Source: Eledone cirrhosa (lineage: Eukaryota). From it: a stretch of DNA of 64,000 bases. Numbering within the stretch: position 1 is the first letter of the stretch; each line of letters starts with the position of its first letter. The position numbers and the translations under genes were made by a program. Positions 1 to 13,144 of this stretch are shown here, piece by piece. The stretch spans positions 307,830,001-307,894,000 of the forward strand of contig OZ024740.1 in NCBI GenBank assembly GCA_964016885.1, given 5' to 3'. Below the pieces are notes generated by a model. The model saw only the letters and a program-made list of their open reading frames with translations. It searched no databases and was not told where the DNA came from.

Positions 1-13
1 AAATTGTCTAGTG

Positions 14-289
14 CAGAGATGAGGAACCTGCAGCCTTCTAGAGGTTCAGTTGAAACTTCAGACCCCCATGCTGCAACCAAATACCAAAATCCTTTCCTAC
101 AACAAGCAGTCACAACAAAGTCATTAAAATTCTATTTTTCGTTTTTTAGATAATTAGTACATAGTAATTAGATTTTTACCAAATAATGTAGATTTTAATA
201 ATATATAATTAGGGTTTCTTGAATGTGGCCCTATTATATTACAAGTAACTTAATGCAGCCTTTCAACATGAAAAGGTTCCCCTCCTATG
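14..289. mobile_element. hAT-like MITE
   Basis: Ends CAGAGATGAGGAACCT...AGGTTCCCCTCCTATG form imperfect TIRs, flanked by imperfect 8-bp repeats gtctagtg/gtctaagg. Confidence 0.45.
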
Positions 290-390
290 GTCTAAGGCCA
301 AGTATTATTGTTTTAATAAATTCCTGACCTAATACAGTTCAATTTCTGAGTAACTGTGACAATGTTTGACATTGATGTAATTGTAATTGT

Positions 391-559
391 GAAGGCGCAT
401 GGCTTAGTGGTTAGAGCATTGGGCTGGCAATCGAAAGGCTGTGAGTTCAATTCTCGGACCGGGTGATGTGTTGTTTCCTTGAGCAAGACACTTTATTTCA
501 CGTTGCTCCAGTTTACTCAGCTGTAGAAATGAGATGATAGGACTGGGGTCCATATCATT
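391..559 (+). mobile_element. tRNA-derived CORE-type SINE (family A), tail-less copy
   Basis: A box TGGCTTAGTGG, B box GAGTTCAATTC, then CORE-like TGTTTCCTTGAGCAAGACACTT. Several other copies occur in the window. Confidence 0.8.
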
Positions 560-1494
560 AAATCACCCAAGACACCTCCAACGAGATATACTTTGGAGGA
601 GCCTGCATAAGTGTGAGCTGTTACACACAATTAATGTAATGATGAGACAGTAAATGACAACAAATGCACCATTGAAGATGATGCTAGAATATTTCATGTA
701 GTGGGCATATAAAATATAATTAAAAATACCTATGTGGTGAGATAAAAACAACATTATTTCAATGACTAATGCAATATTAATCACTTCAGATAGGTTTTAG
801 TCTTATTAAACCTCCTCTGCTATTTGTAGATATTACTGTACTTGCCAAAATAGTGGTGAGAGAATCACTAACTTGAGGGAATATATCGTAGATGAGTAAG
901 CAAGAAAAATTACCATATTTTAAAAGATTAAATCACTGAGTGTAATTATTCAGCAATGCCATACACATAAATAGCAATAGTTAAGTCAGTTTTAGCATAT
1001 TTGCTGTAGTAAGTACTAAATATCTAATAAGATTTGTTTTTTAAAATGAACACATTTTTCGTGCATACTCATGTATATGATACATCTACTTAGTGATTCT
1101 CTCATTGCAAGTACAATGATGTCTATGCATTATTGTGGATGTCTAATAAATAATACAGAAATATATAGAAAGTTTTGTTTTTTTTCATTATATTACGGAA
1201 ATTTTATTTTGTTATCTGTTATACATAAACATATTATGTCAACTATATTTTACAGACAGAAGTTATACAATGATGGAAATATGACAAAAAAGATAAAAAC
1301 AAAATTAAGTAATGAAAAAGAGGAAGGGGTAAAGAAGGGCAGATGCAACTGTATAGGAAAGTAGAGGAAAGGACTATAAATGCCATAAATGAGAGGAAAA
1401 GGAGGAAAAAACAAGGACTATTAGGCCATGGAAGAGAGGGGGTAGGGGAGAGGGTAATAAGCTCTATGCCTAGGGTGGGGCAGTGTTTCGATTG

Positions 1495-1835
1495 CTCTCC
1501 ACGGGACAAAACTGCAAAGGTATTTCCATGGACAATGGCTAGCAACACCCGCTGCAACAGCCACTCCACCTAGTGGGGCTTCTGACATTCTGATTTTACA
1601 GAGGAGCTTGGAAGTACAGGGTCTGAGGATGCCTGAGGTCTCAATGGTGACCGGTGTGAAGAGGAAGTGGCTGGACAAGCCCCGGTATTTGCTTGTCTTC
1701 CTGCCCTCTGCATCGTGGGCTGCAGTACTGGGGTTTGTGGCCGAAGCAACTAAGAATGTGTCACAGCATGTGGCGTCCCTGATGAGGGATTTACCTTCTT
1801 TGAATCGGAAGAGGGTAATTCTGTCAGGGTGCAGT
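1495..1835 (-). mobile_element. CRE-like non-LTR retrotransposon, 3' fragment (restriction-like endonuclease domain)
   Basis: ORF 1421..1894 reads PDRITLF..GKSLIRDATCCDTF...RKTSKYRGL..FLFTPVTIETSG; the adjacent frame gives LLQRVLLAIVHGN. This is the PD..D...K.KY...F.P...E..G pattern of RLE-bearing CRE-type elements. Confidence 0.7.
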
Positions 1836-2639
1836 TGTCTTTTCCTTACAGCATTTGTTTTTCTAAATAGATTTTTAAGGTTCATCATCATCATCTTCGT
1901 TTAACGTCTATTTTCCACGCTAGCATGGGTTGTTCATTACATTAAATAATCTAACATAAACTTTACTACATGGATGTTGTTGTAATTGATAAAATTTATT
2001 TTAAAATAAATTACTTGTAAACGAACAACAAAAACATTTTTGGAAATATCACAACACAATATCAGAATAATTCCAGGCTTAACACCTCTCACTGAACAAT
2101 GAAACCAGTTTACACTGGATGTTGAAGGATATGATTTTAGTTCATACAAATGGTTACATTATCAATATATGTGTAATGCAAATGTATGAAAGGAAAATCA
2201 GAAGAGCTGTCAGAATAACAAGCAAGGAAAATTACGTACAAATAAAAATCTTTTATTTACACTACATAAGATCAATGTAACAATACTACATAGAAAAATA
2301 TCATATACAAATTATCCAACATTAATTACAAAGGAAATAACTTATGTGATGTATGCATTTTTTCGGTTAAGTATTAATGAATGCGAGACCAAACAATAAA
2401 TACTTTGTGAAATTATTATTCTCTTTTATTCAAATGACATGCAACTATTTGTTCGTTGAAAAGAATTCATTACATAGGATATTATTGGCAGGAAAATCTT
2501 GCAAAGATACAAATCCAAGCAGCTTGGATTCAAGAGAATTATTGCCAAGTTTTATAATCTGCTGGCACATGATCAAAAGCTTCTATGTTTTTAATTAATT
2601 CAAGGGTTGGATTCAAAATTTTATAAACAAAGTAACAGG

Positions 2640-4420
2640 CTAATGTATCCAATAAAAGGGTGTAACTCAAGGGCAACACATACATCCACAGAGAGAGTGT
2701 TTGCAATGGATGCGGAAATTTCATTTCCTTAGTATGACATAAGGTGGGCTGAGTCCATTCTATTTATGATGAAAACAAGCAACACCATTAGTGATTCCAA
2801 AAGAAATCTTTCTAAACTAGTACAAACAATGATCAGTCTTCAATGTTGTGGAAGGTTTGCCTTTTTTCATCTCCAATTGATGGTAAGAACTATAGATCCA
2901 GTGTGCTGAAGACATTATATTGAGTTCCTTCCTTGACTATCTACTCAATGTTTGGTAGAGAGGAGACATCTAGTAATCCATTGCGAATTACTGTCTGTGA
3001 ATAACTGGCAACTATGTTTCTTATGATCTCCAAAGAGACTTACTCAGTTCAATAATACCCCCTTTTAGCAAACATGCTACTACAGAATTTATAAATTTCT
3101 GGTCATCATGAGAATGCCATCTAGGTTTAGCAGCTATAAGTTTGCAATCAATTGTAAGATTAGTAAACAGAGAAAAGGGTGAGATAGAAGCAGTTGTATG
3201 ACCACGGACAGTCAGAAAGGCTTAATCTCACTTAATGGAATCTCAACAGAAGGAAGTTTTGACCAAGGATGACAGATCTGGGATAACAGAGAATTTGACA
3301 CAAGCATAACAATCATTTGAGATTGACACTACAATAACCTTTAAAGTAAGAGAATTAACTGCTATTGAGACGTATACATTAGTTTGGTTTACTTTACTAG
3401 TTCCTTGTTAAAGAAAATTTCCAAGCTTCCAGTGTCCACTAATGCCTTTATTCAAATGTCCATAACAGCAGGTGAGAGTGAAATCGAGAAGCAGAAAATG
3501 CAGCTATTGTAGACACTATTGAAATCGATATACCTTCGCATAATGACTATTCTTACCCCAATTGTTATATAGTGTACCCTTGGCAGGACATCATAATCAT
3601 AGGTATCATTTTAGTCCAGAGAAAAAGCACTTAGGGATAACTGATGCAACTGTTGAAGTGTTATCTGTGAGAGCAGAGCTGCATTTATCTAGAGAGATTG
3701 TACAAACGAAATAGAGTGCTTTTGAGCAATTTCTAGAGTATAATCCTGCTCATAGGCAGTCTGAAGATACAAAGTTTCATTCTCAAGTAAACACTGCCTT
3801 ATCTAGAAGGAGGAAAGGTCATTAACTCTTTCATTACCATATTTCTAATGACATATAGTATATTTCAAATAATAACTGAAAAATTTGAAGGGATTTTCTA
3901 ATTATTAATTATTTCGCTATTTGGACAGTATTTGTAACATAAAAGGTTCTTATATCAAATTGTGTTGGAAGATTTTGATTTAAATAGGAACTCTTTAAAA
4001 TGAGTGATTTTTTTTTCATAGAACTAGAACTAAGTTTGGTGGTTGACATCAAAAGGGTTAATAAAGGCATTCCTTATACAATCATCTCTCTATTACTTAG
4101 CAGTTACTGTCAACAATGCTTGGTTAACAGCTGTAATGTTTGTAAACTCTTGTCAACAAGTAGCCAAAACATGCTGAGCATATACTTCTTTAGTTTGATG
4201 TATATAGCTTGCAGAACATTTGTAGTGGCACCATATGTAGATATATCAACAATATATTCATATATCCTTAGAGATATATAAGTGATCAACAGATTAAGCT
4301 TGTTGATATCTTGTCCAACTTCTAGCCTTGCAATGACATATTGAAAAGTTTTCTGATAGTGGAGTGGCTGCTTAACAGCATGTTTCATAGGGCCGAGCAT
4401 CCAAAATTTCAAGCTGAAGG
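2640..4420 (-). mobile_element. decayed Ty3/Gypsy LTR retrotransposon (gag-protease-RT start)
   Basis: ORF 4110..4556 contains gag-like HYQKTFQ...LLITYISLRIYEYIVDISTYGATTNVLQAIYIK; aspartic protease motif ALVDTGS at ~3425-3447 (minus strand); many stops. Confidence 0.65.
3822..4061. mobile_element. piggyBac-like MITE inserted in the Gypsy relic
   Basis: TTAA-CTCTTT ... AAAGGG-TTAA ends; related internal sequence at 5253-5904 and ~33650-33840. Confidence 0.55.
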
Positions 4421-4565
4421 AACTTCTCCACAATGTAAACGAAGAAATTGGCATAAATACGACTAGTTTACAGGTTTTATCGACATTTAACAAAGCATAT
4501 CTTGTGATTGCTATCAGCTGGAAGAGACTGAGATCACTGGAAACAAGGGAGGCCACTTTAGTTTC

Positions 4566-4754
4566 ATAATTGTTTCTACTTTTGGCACAAGGCCAGCAAT
4601 TATCCAGTACATTACTGGTACTTTATTTTATCAACCCCGTAAGGATGAAAGGCAAAGTTGACCACGGCGGCATTTGAACTCAGAATGGAAAGGGCCGTAA
4701 TTCTATGCGTCAAAGCATAACGTCCGACCCTCTACCAATACTGCCAATCCACCG
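4566..4754 (-). mobile_element. tRNA-derived SINE family B
   Basis: Head CGGTGGATTGGCAG, B box GAGTTCAAAT, central TTTGCCTTTCATCCTTACGGGGT and 3' end AAGTAGAAACAATTAT; at least 8 copies in the window. Confidence 0.8.
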
Positions 4755-5252
4755 AATGCCAGATAATAGCTCAGATTCATTGCAACACAACACTTCCAAC
4801 AAAATTAGTTGATAACACTATAATTCTATATAGAATCCAACACATACCTAAGATGCTTTACCAATATTAAAATCTAAACAAGAAATTAACAGTTACAACA
4901 TACATAAAATCAATTATAAAACATGCCAGGTTTCAATCATTGCATACTAGTTTTTTCTTAATCAGGTGGTCATGGTTTTACTACCATTCCCATGATGCTT
5001 TGCAACTCCTGCAAAGCCTCTGAACAATCCACCAATAATATTACCTTTCATATTCTGAAGATGGGGTTGTGAAGGTCTCAAAACATTAATAGATTTATGG
5101 GTTTAGGAATGCCAAATATAAAGAAATCAAACGTGAGCACTGCCGTGTTTTCAATATGTGTGTTTGTCTTAGTCGCAATGAACCGTCACACTGTTAATTA
5201 CAAAGTTTGAGAAGCTCAAATAACTGGATATTCTTTCATGTTAAATGTCTTA

Positions 5253-5904
5253 TTACCCGTTCTTAGTCATATTTCTCATGAAATACACCGCCAATAATTT
5301 TCAAATAATTTTGAAAATAATCAACAATTTGGAAGGATTTAGTAATATAACACATTTTCTCGTTATTAAGTAAATGTAAGATTGCTTTACAGATATTTTA
5401 TTTTTCAGCATAACCGTCATCGTAATACACACATCTAGGACCACATACAACAAAAGGCAGGCGAACCGTCAACAAAAGGCAAGCGAACCGTTGCCAGAAC
5501 AAAAGATAACAATATCGCGAGAAGCACTGGGAAAAGTCTCTAATAATTTTTGAGGCAAGCCAGCACACTCACAGCGTTACCTCGGGTGATTGGCGAGGCT
5601 TATGCGCTGGAACAGCCAAGCGCCTTCACGAGCATCACATTTTACCTCGGTTAGGCGAGACGCCAGTGAAGACAATAACCTCGCAATCCGACTCCCCCAA
5701 ACATCTCGAACGCCACAGGCTGGAAAATGTAGTTAACCGACCGGCAGATCACGGTATTTCAGGATTATTAAGTTGGTGTTTAGAACATAAGTAAGGTACT
5801 TACATAAAATTATGATGGAATGTAAATATAAACATTCTAATACAAACAGTTTTGTATCATAAAATCCGAGGTGATTTCAAGCGGTTTGCTATCAAACGGG
5901 TTAA
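5253..5904. mobile_element. piggyBac-like MITE interrupted by a CRE-like insertion
   Basis: CCCGTT...AACGGG-TTAA ends, similar to 3822-4061; the insert is flanked by a ttattaagt duplication. Confidence 0.5.
5372..5765 (-). mobile_element. CRE-like retrotransposon, 3' fragment
   Basis: Minus-strand translation (with frameshifts) YIFQPVAFEMFGG...DAREGAWLFQRISLA..RGNAVSVLA; flanking ttattaagt is a probable TSD. Confidence 0.7.
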
Positions 5905-6574
5905 GTTTCAGACATTCGGCAATCTTCATACATAAATCAAAATAAAAATGAACAATACCTGATTATTGTAATTGATATTAAGGATGGTAAGATTAAATTA
6001 TCTTTTATAATAATATTTATGAAAGAAAATAATTGTAATTTATTTAAATGAATGTAAAATTAAGTTGGATAACGATGTCTACTGACTAAATGCTCAATGC
6101 GTTCATTATGTAAAGCGATTGCCGAATTTATGTGATACTTAAAAGAGACATATCGAAAGGATATCAATAAATGATATACAGCTTTCTTTCTTTTTTTACG
6201 TGATAGAATACTGTTGAAAAGCTAGCACCAAAATCAAACATCATTTCTTGATTTTATGATTGATTTCTTACTTAAGTACGCAAAATTTGTTCTATAAAGG
6301 TTAAATGATGTTCTGAACAGCAGTAGCGCAGAAAGCAGTTAACCAAGTAATCATAGAATGTACTCTATTTTCGTAGTTTTTTTTTACACCATTGAAATAT
6401 AATTACCTGTAAAAAGAAAGTTGTGAAACGTAATAATAATAAAAAATAATAATAATAAACTCAAGCCCTTTACTTGAACCCCAAGATTATCAATGGCAGT
6501 TTTGCAGTTGCCACATCCACAGAATTATATGCTTGAATTTCTTTATATAAGAAATTGTATAAGAAAAAAATAGA

Positions 6575-7030
6575 GAGGAAAAAGTGGAAGAAGACACCTT
6601 CAATCACACGCCACAATAACGTGTGCTGAAGTTTCCTCGTAGAAATTTTATAGACAAGTCAACTAGCAACATTGCTTTAGGTAATAACGAAACTAAGACA
6701 CTAGAATAACTAAACACCCTCCCAGGCATCACCTGATACATCGGTAAGGCGAAACGCCGACAACCTAATTGCTAGTGGCCCAGCTCTTTCCGAAATGTCT
6801 CGAACGCCTCTGGCTGAAAAAAGGTGCAGGTATCCCTCAGGAAGTGGGAAGGAGAGCAAAAGAGTCGCAGACTGGCGTCCAAAACGAAAACATCTAACTC
6901 CTACCCAGGAGGAATGGGTAAGGCCATGAACCTTGGACAATTTGGTTGGTTCCAGAATTGAAAGGATATTGACTTAAGCTAGACCCTACTTAGCAATTAG
7001 GTTCAGCTCGGCATGGCGAGGGAAGTGACA
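6575..7030 (-). mobile_element. CRE-like retrotransposon, 3' fragment
   Basis: FPRHAELNLI...NILSILE and RLE motifs; the 3' UTR resembles the copy at 11400. Confidence 0.65.
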
Positions 7031-7559
7031 TGGTAGGAATACTTTTTTAAAAAACTAATCCGGAAACAACAAAGTGAGAAGGATTACATGTTACATACAT
7101 TGTCGACAAACATCAAGCGTCCTTCTATGGCTTATAGAAACGTTACTTGGTCTATTAAAATCACAAAATTTAATAAGTTCGTGTGTCGTGAGGAAAGGGA
7201 AAATATATTTAGAATGTCCAGACATAAATGTATTATGTCTGTCCATCAAAGTATATATATATGTGATAATAAAGTACCCAATTTATCGCCAAATTACAGA
7301 TGATTTATAAGTATTTTTTTTTGTAAAAATTACCATAAATAGGTTTGAAAGGGAGAAAAATTAATTTATAAATTGATTTAGAAATTATGATAAATAGATA
7401 ATGTGTGGTTTATTCACGGTTGTATAAATAAAATTACAACTTGTTTATAATTCTTATTCTTACAGAATGAAAATATAAGCACATAATAAATACAATTAAT
7501 TATTGCTATGAACTTCACAAATATAATGCACAAAAAATTATGATGAAAGCGAGGGAGAA

Positions 7560-8070
7560 AAAAATAACCTATCAATTCACCACCAAGTGCGACAATCGGT
7601 CACACACAAGAAGCAACAACGGAGAATTTTGAGGCAAATCAACACGTTCGCAGCATTACCGCTGGTGATGGCGAGGCTAAGATGCTGAAACAACCAAGTA
7701 CCCTCACGTACATCGCCTAACACCTCGGTAAAGTAAGCCACTAACGATGACAAGAACTTCGCTATCAGCGACCCAGCTTCACCAAACGTCTCGAACGCTA
7801 CAGGCTGGGAAAAAATAGTTATTTGATAGTTCCCAGTATTTTATGATTTTATTCCGTTCGGCAACAGAAACAGTGACCCTCACATTTACCGCGGTATCCA
7901 TGACGTGGGAGGGAGCAAAAGTGTCACTGACTTTGGAATCCCAGATGAGACATTTGCCTCTCACACAGGATCAACGGGTATGACCATCTGGTCTCCGCCC
8001 ATCAATTCTAGATAGTTCAGCCGTCTCCAGAACTGAGAGGATATTTATCCAGGCTACGACCCGCTTAATT
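7560..8070 (-). mobile_element. CRE-like retrotransposon, 3' fragment
   Basis: ORF 7779..7964 GKCLIWDSKVSDTFAPSH...AERNKIIKY; DGRRPDGH just upstream. Confidence 0.75.
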
Positions 8071-8390
8071 ATAAATAATTTCGGGGAGATCTATTTCTCC
8101 ATAACAATTTTGTACATGTACGAATTACCTAAGATGTACAATAAAATGACAGTTCGTTCCGTTTATTTTCATTTTCGTGTCGGCAATATTAATTGTTTGT
8201 CTACGCCAATGTAAACAGAAAAAACAAAAATCAAACAACTTATTATTTCCTTCAAACATTAAAAAATTAACATTATGTTCAATTGCAGCATTCATTTGGC
8301 GAGTAATGGTCTAATTCTAATTGTAGCTTTGGTCAATGTATGTTGCTTAGGACTTATAACTGGGAGGGGGGGGGGGGATATTTAAGCTGC

Positions 8391-8590
8391 AACAAGATAA
8401 TTTAACAAAAACTAATATCAAATCAAAATTATAATTTAAAAAAAAATACTTATTTTAATTTTTAGGGGAGGGATATATACATACATAAGGAACAAGATAA
8501 TTTAACAAAAACTAATATCAAATCAAAATTATAATTTAAAAAAAAATACTTATTTTAATTTTTTGGGGAGGGATATATACATACATAAGG
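8391..8590. repeat. 100-bp tandem duplication
   Basis: 8391-8490 is repeated at 8491-8590 with one mismatch. Confidence 0.9.
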
Positions 8591-8939
8591 AATAAATAAT
8601 ATAGATTTTCAAAAAGTAACACTATTTTGATAAAACGCATTAAGATATACTTAAGAATCTATCATCCCATATTTTTTTTCGTTGAAAACATTTCCGAAGA
8701 GTTATTAAAAATATTCACGATACATTTCCCAAAAAATCCTGTTCAAAATAGCAGAGGAAAGAGGAAAACAAAATACATTTTAATTTAAGAATTTTCCTTC
8801 GCGAAATTTCTATGGCAAAATACTTTGGTATACAATAGATATTTTAAGCTCTTGTACGAACATAAAAGTTAATCAATACATGCATATTTTATATTATAAA
8901 TGACAACTATGTTAACATTACATTTTTACAAAAAAGCAA

Positions 8940-9070
8940 CTTACCCTAAACTTGTGCTGTTAATGAAATAATAATAAAATTTGAAAAAAGAATAACAAAT
9001 AAAACAATAGTCGCACGCACCATCGCAGCGTTCTTGTCATTCACGAATACGGAACTACATATTGCCGTGA
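8940..9070 (-). promoter_or_regulatory. possible promoter and first exon of a minus-strand host transcript
   Basis: Local CpG cluster, an ACTACA-type motif (gaactacatattgcc) and a strong minus-strand donor G|GTAAGT at ~8945. No convincing downstream exon. Confidence 0.25.
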
Positions 9071-9299
9071 ACTAAACTATTTATTTTTCTTCTTAAATAA
9101 AAGTATAAGTTTAAAGGAAAGAAAAATTTGGTACAGTTGTAAGCGATAATATTTCATTGTAATTGCTTTTTGTTTTTTTAATCAAATACTAATAGAAAAA
9201 CAATGCAACTGGAACCACTTACATATTTATTTACTACATTATTATCTTCCATAGTAAGACATTATTAACAGTTAGTTGAATAATTTCAGGTAATAGATT

Positions 9300-9960
9300 A
9301 TTACCTCTTGGCAATACTCCCATGATTTCTCGAAGACCTGCCATAGTGGGAATATTCGATCGACAGTGCGAAAACCGTACTGTTCATCAGCTAACTTGGA
9401 TTTGACAATTTCCCTCCACTTCTTTGCCAAATATTTAGCATAAACTTTACTGGGGAAGCTTACCAAGGAGATCCCTCTGAAATTTGGAACAATCTCTCTT
9501 GTCTCCCTTTTTGAAAATTGGGATTATCCCTCCTGATTGCTATTGCTTAGGTGCCTTTACAGAGATCCAGGCCACCTGGCACACACAAGTCAGTCAGAGA
9601 ATACCTTTTTTATTTAAGGCTTTTAACATCTCGGGGTGGATTTCATCTTCTCCAGTGGCCTTGCCTCATTTGAGCTCTTTAATTGCTCTTGTGACCTCTG
9701 CCTCTGAGAGATTAGTCACCGCTCCCAGATGCACCTTGTGTATATCAGAAGATGCTGGTGTGATCGGGTTTAGGAGATCAGCAAAACATTCTCTCCACCT
9801 CGCGAGGATGCACCGCTCTGAAGAGAGGAGAACTCCAGGCACATTCTTGATAGCAGGTGTGGAGGAGGGCTTCCTCAACCTTTGCCCTCGCCTCAATCCT
9901 CCACTGCCACTCTTATTTGCCTTGCTGATCTGGTTCTCACCCTCAACTGTTTTTCTTTCA
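9300..9960 (-). mobile_element. decayed RTE-clade LINE (second family), RT N-terminal part
   Basis: ORFs 9666..9980 (ILARWRECFADLLNP...EVTRAIKELK) and 9272..9466 (KVYAK...EQYGFR..IFPLWQVFEKSWEY). Confidence 0.75.
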
Positions 9961-10502
9961 CAGGTGAGGCCTACAAACAACTGGGGTCAGCCTGACCACA
10001 AGAATCGGCCACAATATGTCAACTTATTAGTCGGCTATGTTGAGGCCCAAATCTTTGCCCAATACACTGGTCCCATCCCGGAGCTATATGGATATGGATA
10101 TTACATTGAGAACTGTATCAACACCACCTCATTAACTCAAGAACAGCTTGACTTATTCCTTTCTTCTACTCATTCAACCCTGCCCTCCATTTCACCTCCT
10201 TTATCTCTACCACTTCTCTAAATTTCCTCAACATCTTTGTTTCCATTAACCATTCCTATTGCTCCCTCATCACTTTTGCTTTCTTCAATCCCACTGATAC
10301 TCATTCTTACCCTGACTTCACCTCTTCCCACCCCAACCACCCCATCCTCTACTCCCAATTCCTTCGTCTCTGCTACCTGTGTAGTTGAACACATTATTTT
10401 GTGACTTGGGCGCAATACATGGTTAAACTGCTCACTTGACATAGATAGCCTCATAACCTGGTCCAAGCCACCCTCACCCATCACCATGGAGTCGACTGCA
10501 CC

Positions 10503-10790
10503 ACTTCGACAGAATTACAAAACAGCGTTATGTAGAATCCATACTTATCGTAGAAGATATGGAAAGGAGAATAGCAAATTGAAAAATGAAAAATTTGATT
10601 TGGGGACTGACTGTAAAGAGACTGTTGTATTATGTAAATACAACACTTTTTACAGATAGTCCCCAAGTCAGTTTTTCATTTTTCACTTTTCAGTTTTTCA
10701 ACTTGCTATTCTTATTTCCCTATCTTTTACGATAAGTATTGGTTCTACGTAACCCTCTTTTGTAATTCTGTCAAAGTTACCTGATGAGAC
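10503..10790 (+). mobile_element. degenerate fold-back element with hammerhead-core remnant
   Basis: Imperfect ~275-bp palindrome 10503-10777 followed by CTGATGAG at 10781. Confidence 0.55.
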
Positions 10791-11399
10791 CATCCTGTCT
10801 TGCATCATAATTGGATGATGGAGCTGGGCCATTGAAATATGTATAGTGATTGTACAGAATTTAAATTTACAGCATATCTTCCAGTATGGTCTCCTGTTGT
10901 CATTTTAAATACTTTACTCCGTTTCCTGCACCAACCACTGCATACCACATCTACGATGGGTGACGTCCATAACATCGAGTGCTTTATTAATTTGTTGCAT
11001 CATGATTTGGCTATCAAAACCACCAGTTCTATACTTAGCTGGTCAAAATAACTTCAATGGTTATTATATATATTGTATAAATAATAAATGATATATTGGC
11101 TGAATAGTATAGCTGGAATGATTGTGTTATTTTCCTTTAATAGTGATTATTGAAACGGTATTAAAATGAAACAGCATATATATACAAACTAAGGTACATA
11201 GCAGTGTATACACAGAAACTAAGTACATTTCATTGTTTCACTATTTTTCTTTTTAATTTTTACATATTGGGTATCAACAACTAATTCCGTTTTTTTTTTT
11301 AAATCAATGGAAGCAACCTAGAAAAATTACCGATTTTTCACCCCTATCCCCCACTTATTCCAATCCCCCTCCCAGCTATTATTTGGGACCCGAGGAAGA

Positions 11400-12200
11400 A
11401 GAAAGTGGGAGAAGATATGCACAGTCAATCACATGATACAAGGAGTCACTGGAGTTTCCCCTCTAATAGTTTTTTTAAGCAAGCCAACACATCCACAGCA
11501 TTGTCATGGGTGATTGCAAAGCTAAGAAACTGGAATAACAAAGCACCTTCGCAGGCATCACCTGATATGTCAGTAAGGTGAACTACCAACAATGACAAGA
11601 ACCTCAGTGGCCCAGCTCCCCCAAATGTCTTGAATGCGTCAAGCTAAAAAAACAGAATAAGTTTGTGTTTATAATTCTTAGTATTTTAGGATTTTATTCT
11701 GGTTAGCTATAGATGCAGTGATCCTCACCTTTACTACATAGGTAAGGCAAAACGCCAACAACCTCATTGTTAGTGGATCAGCTCCCCAACAAACGTCTCA
11801 AAAGCCTCTGACTGAAAAAAAAATAGTTTGCTGATAATTCCTAGTATTTTATTTCATTCTGCAGAGAACTCCCACCTTCGTCGCAACATCTAGGACGTGG
11901 GAGGGAGCAAAAGAGTTACTGTGGCATTCCAAATGAGACATCAATCTCTTACACAGGGGAAAAGGGTAAGTCTATCTGGCCTTTTTCCATCAAACCATGA
12001 CAATCTGGCTGGCTCCAGAATTGAGGGGATATTAACTGAAGCCGGAGCCTGCTTAATGGTTAGGTTCAGCTTAGTATGATAAGGGAAGTAATCTGGGTTC
12101 ATATGGCGAGACAATCCATGATTTGCTGTGGAGTCAATGGGCTTGTCATAACAACATCTAAACCCTTCACAGACATGACTCCTGTCTCTGAGTAGGTCAC
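11400..12200 (-). mobile_element. CRE-like retrotransposon, 3' fragment(s) with internal duplication
   Basis: ORF 11941..12252 HGLS...FPYHTKLNLTIKQA...IPSILEPARLSWFDGKRPDRLTLFP; the segment near 11570-11690 is repeated near 11740-11850. Confidence 0.75.
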
Positions 12201-12611
12201 CGATGTTTGCCACAGGCAATACATCAATCAAATGAAGAGAGGCAAGGCCCATAAATTTTAAAGGATCTCTTAAACTGGTGAGGATAACACAGGGGGTATT
12301 CTGTTTGAATTTTTTGCAAGTTGGTGCATGTGGGAGTGGGGAGGGGGATAAGAAGAGTGCAGCAAAGTGTTATAGCAGTTCTGGAAATAAAAGTTTAAAG
12401 GAAGAGTTTAGTGTAGATTGGAGTTAGGGTGAGACATTTCAAGGAAAGTGGGTAGGTGGGGGGGGGGGATTAGAAAAGGGCTTATAAATATACATATACA
12501 TACAGCCGCATAAAACATCTTCATCATCATGATACACATATATATAGACATAATTTCATACATCACTATAAAAACACATACTGATGTAAAAATATTCTTC
12601 ACTATATAGAT

Positions 12612-12757
12612 CAGTCATGGGCAAACTGTGGCCCATTTGACTTTCCGAATGGCATGCCTTATTTCAAAATTGCTTTGAATCTTTTAGTAGTGTGGCCCAC
12701 CTTATAATCATCCTCACCCTATGTGGGCCGCTGTTCGAAAAAGGTTGCTCATGCCTG
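12612..12757. mobile_element. hAT (Charlie-like) MITE
   Basis: TIRs CAGTCATGGGCAAAC/GGTTGCTCATGCCTG with a perfect 8-bp TSD atatagat. Confidence 0.8.
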
Positions 12758-12769
12758 ATATAGATGTTA

Positions 12770-12962
12770 TTCGACCTCTATCAGTTTCGACAACAAGTGG
12801 TGCAGTTGTTCGAACAATGGAACAATCTGCTCATGAAATTAACATGCAAGTAGCTGAGTGAAGTGTTTTGTTCAAGGACAAAATGTGCCTCCAGGAATCA
12901 AACTCTAGACTTTACTACTATCGTGAACAGAATACTCTAACCACTAAGCAATGTGCCTTCAC
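12770..12962 (-). mobile_element. family A-related SINE, degenerate
   Basis: Reverse of head GAAGGCACATTGCTTAGTGGTTAGAG and a CORE-like TGTCCTTGAACAAAACACTT. Confidence 0.6.
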
Positions 12963-13144
12963 ACTATATAGATACACAAATATGTAGACATAAAGTATAT
13001 ATCATTATATAGGCACACATTTTTATAGATATAAAACATCAATCATCATCATCATCATCATCATCATTTAACATCCGTCTTCTCTGCTCACATGGGTCAG
13101 ATGGGTCTTCAGAGACCAAGTAAGTACTTTAGTGGAGGTATCGA

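Noticed and set aside
391-465. tRNA gene (also other A/B-box heads)
   Set aside because: No complete cloverleaf, and each continues into a SINE body.
9484-10221. 245-aa plus-strand ORF
   Set aside because: Largely the antisense of a decayed RTE RT; no independent domain signal.
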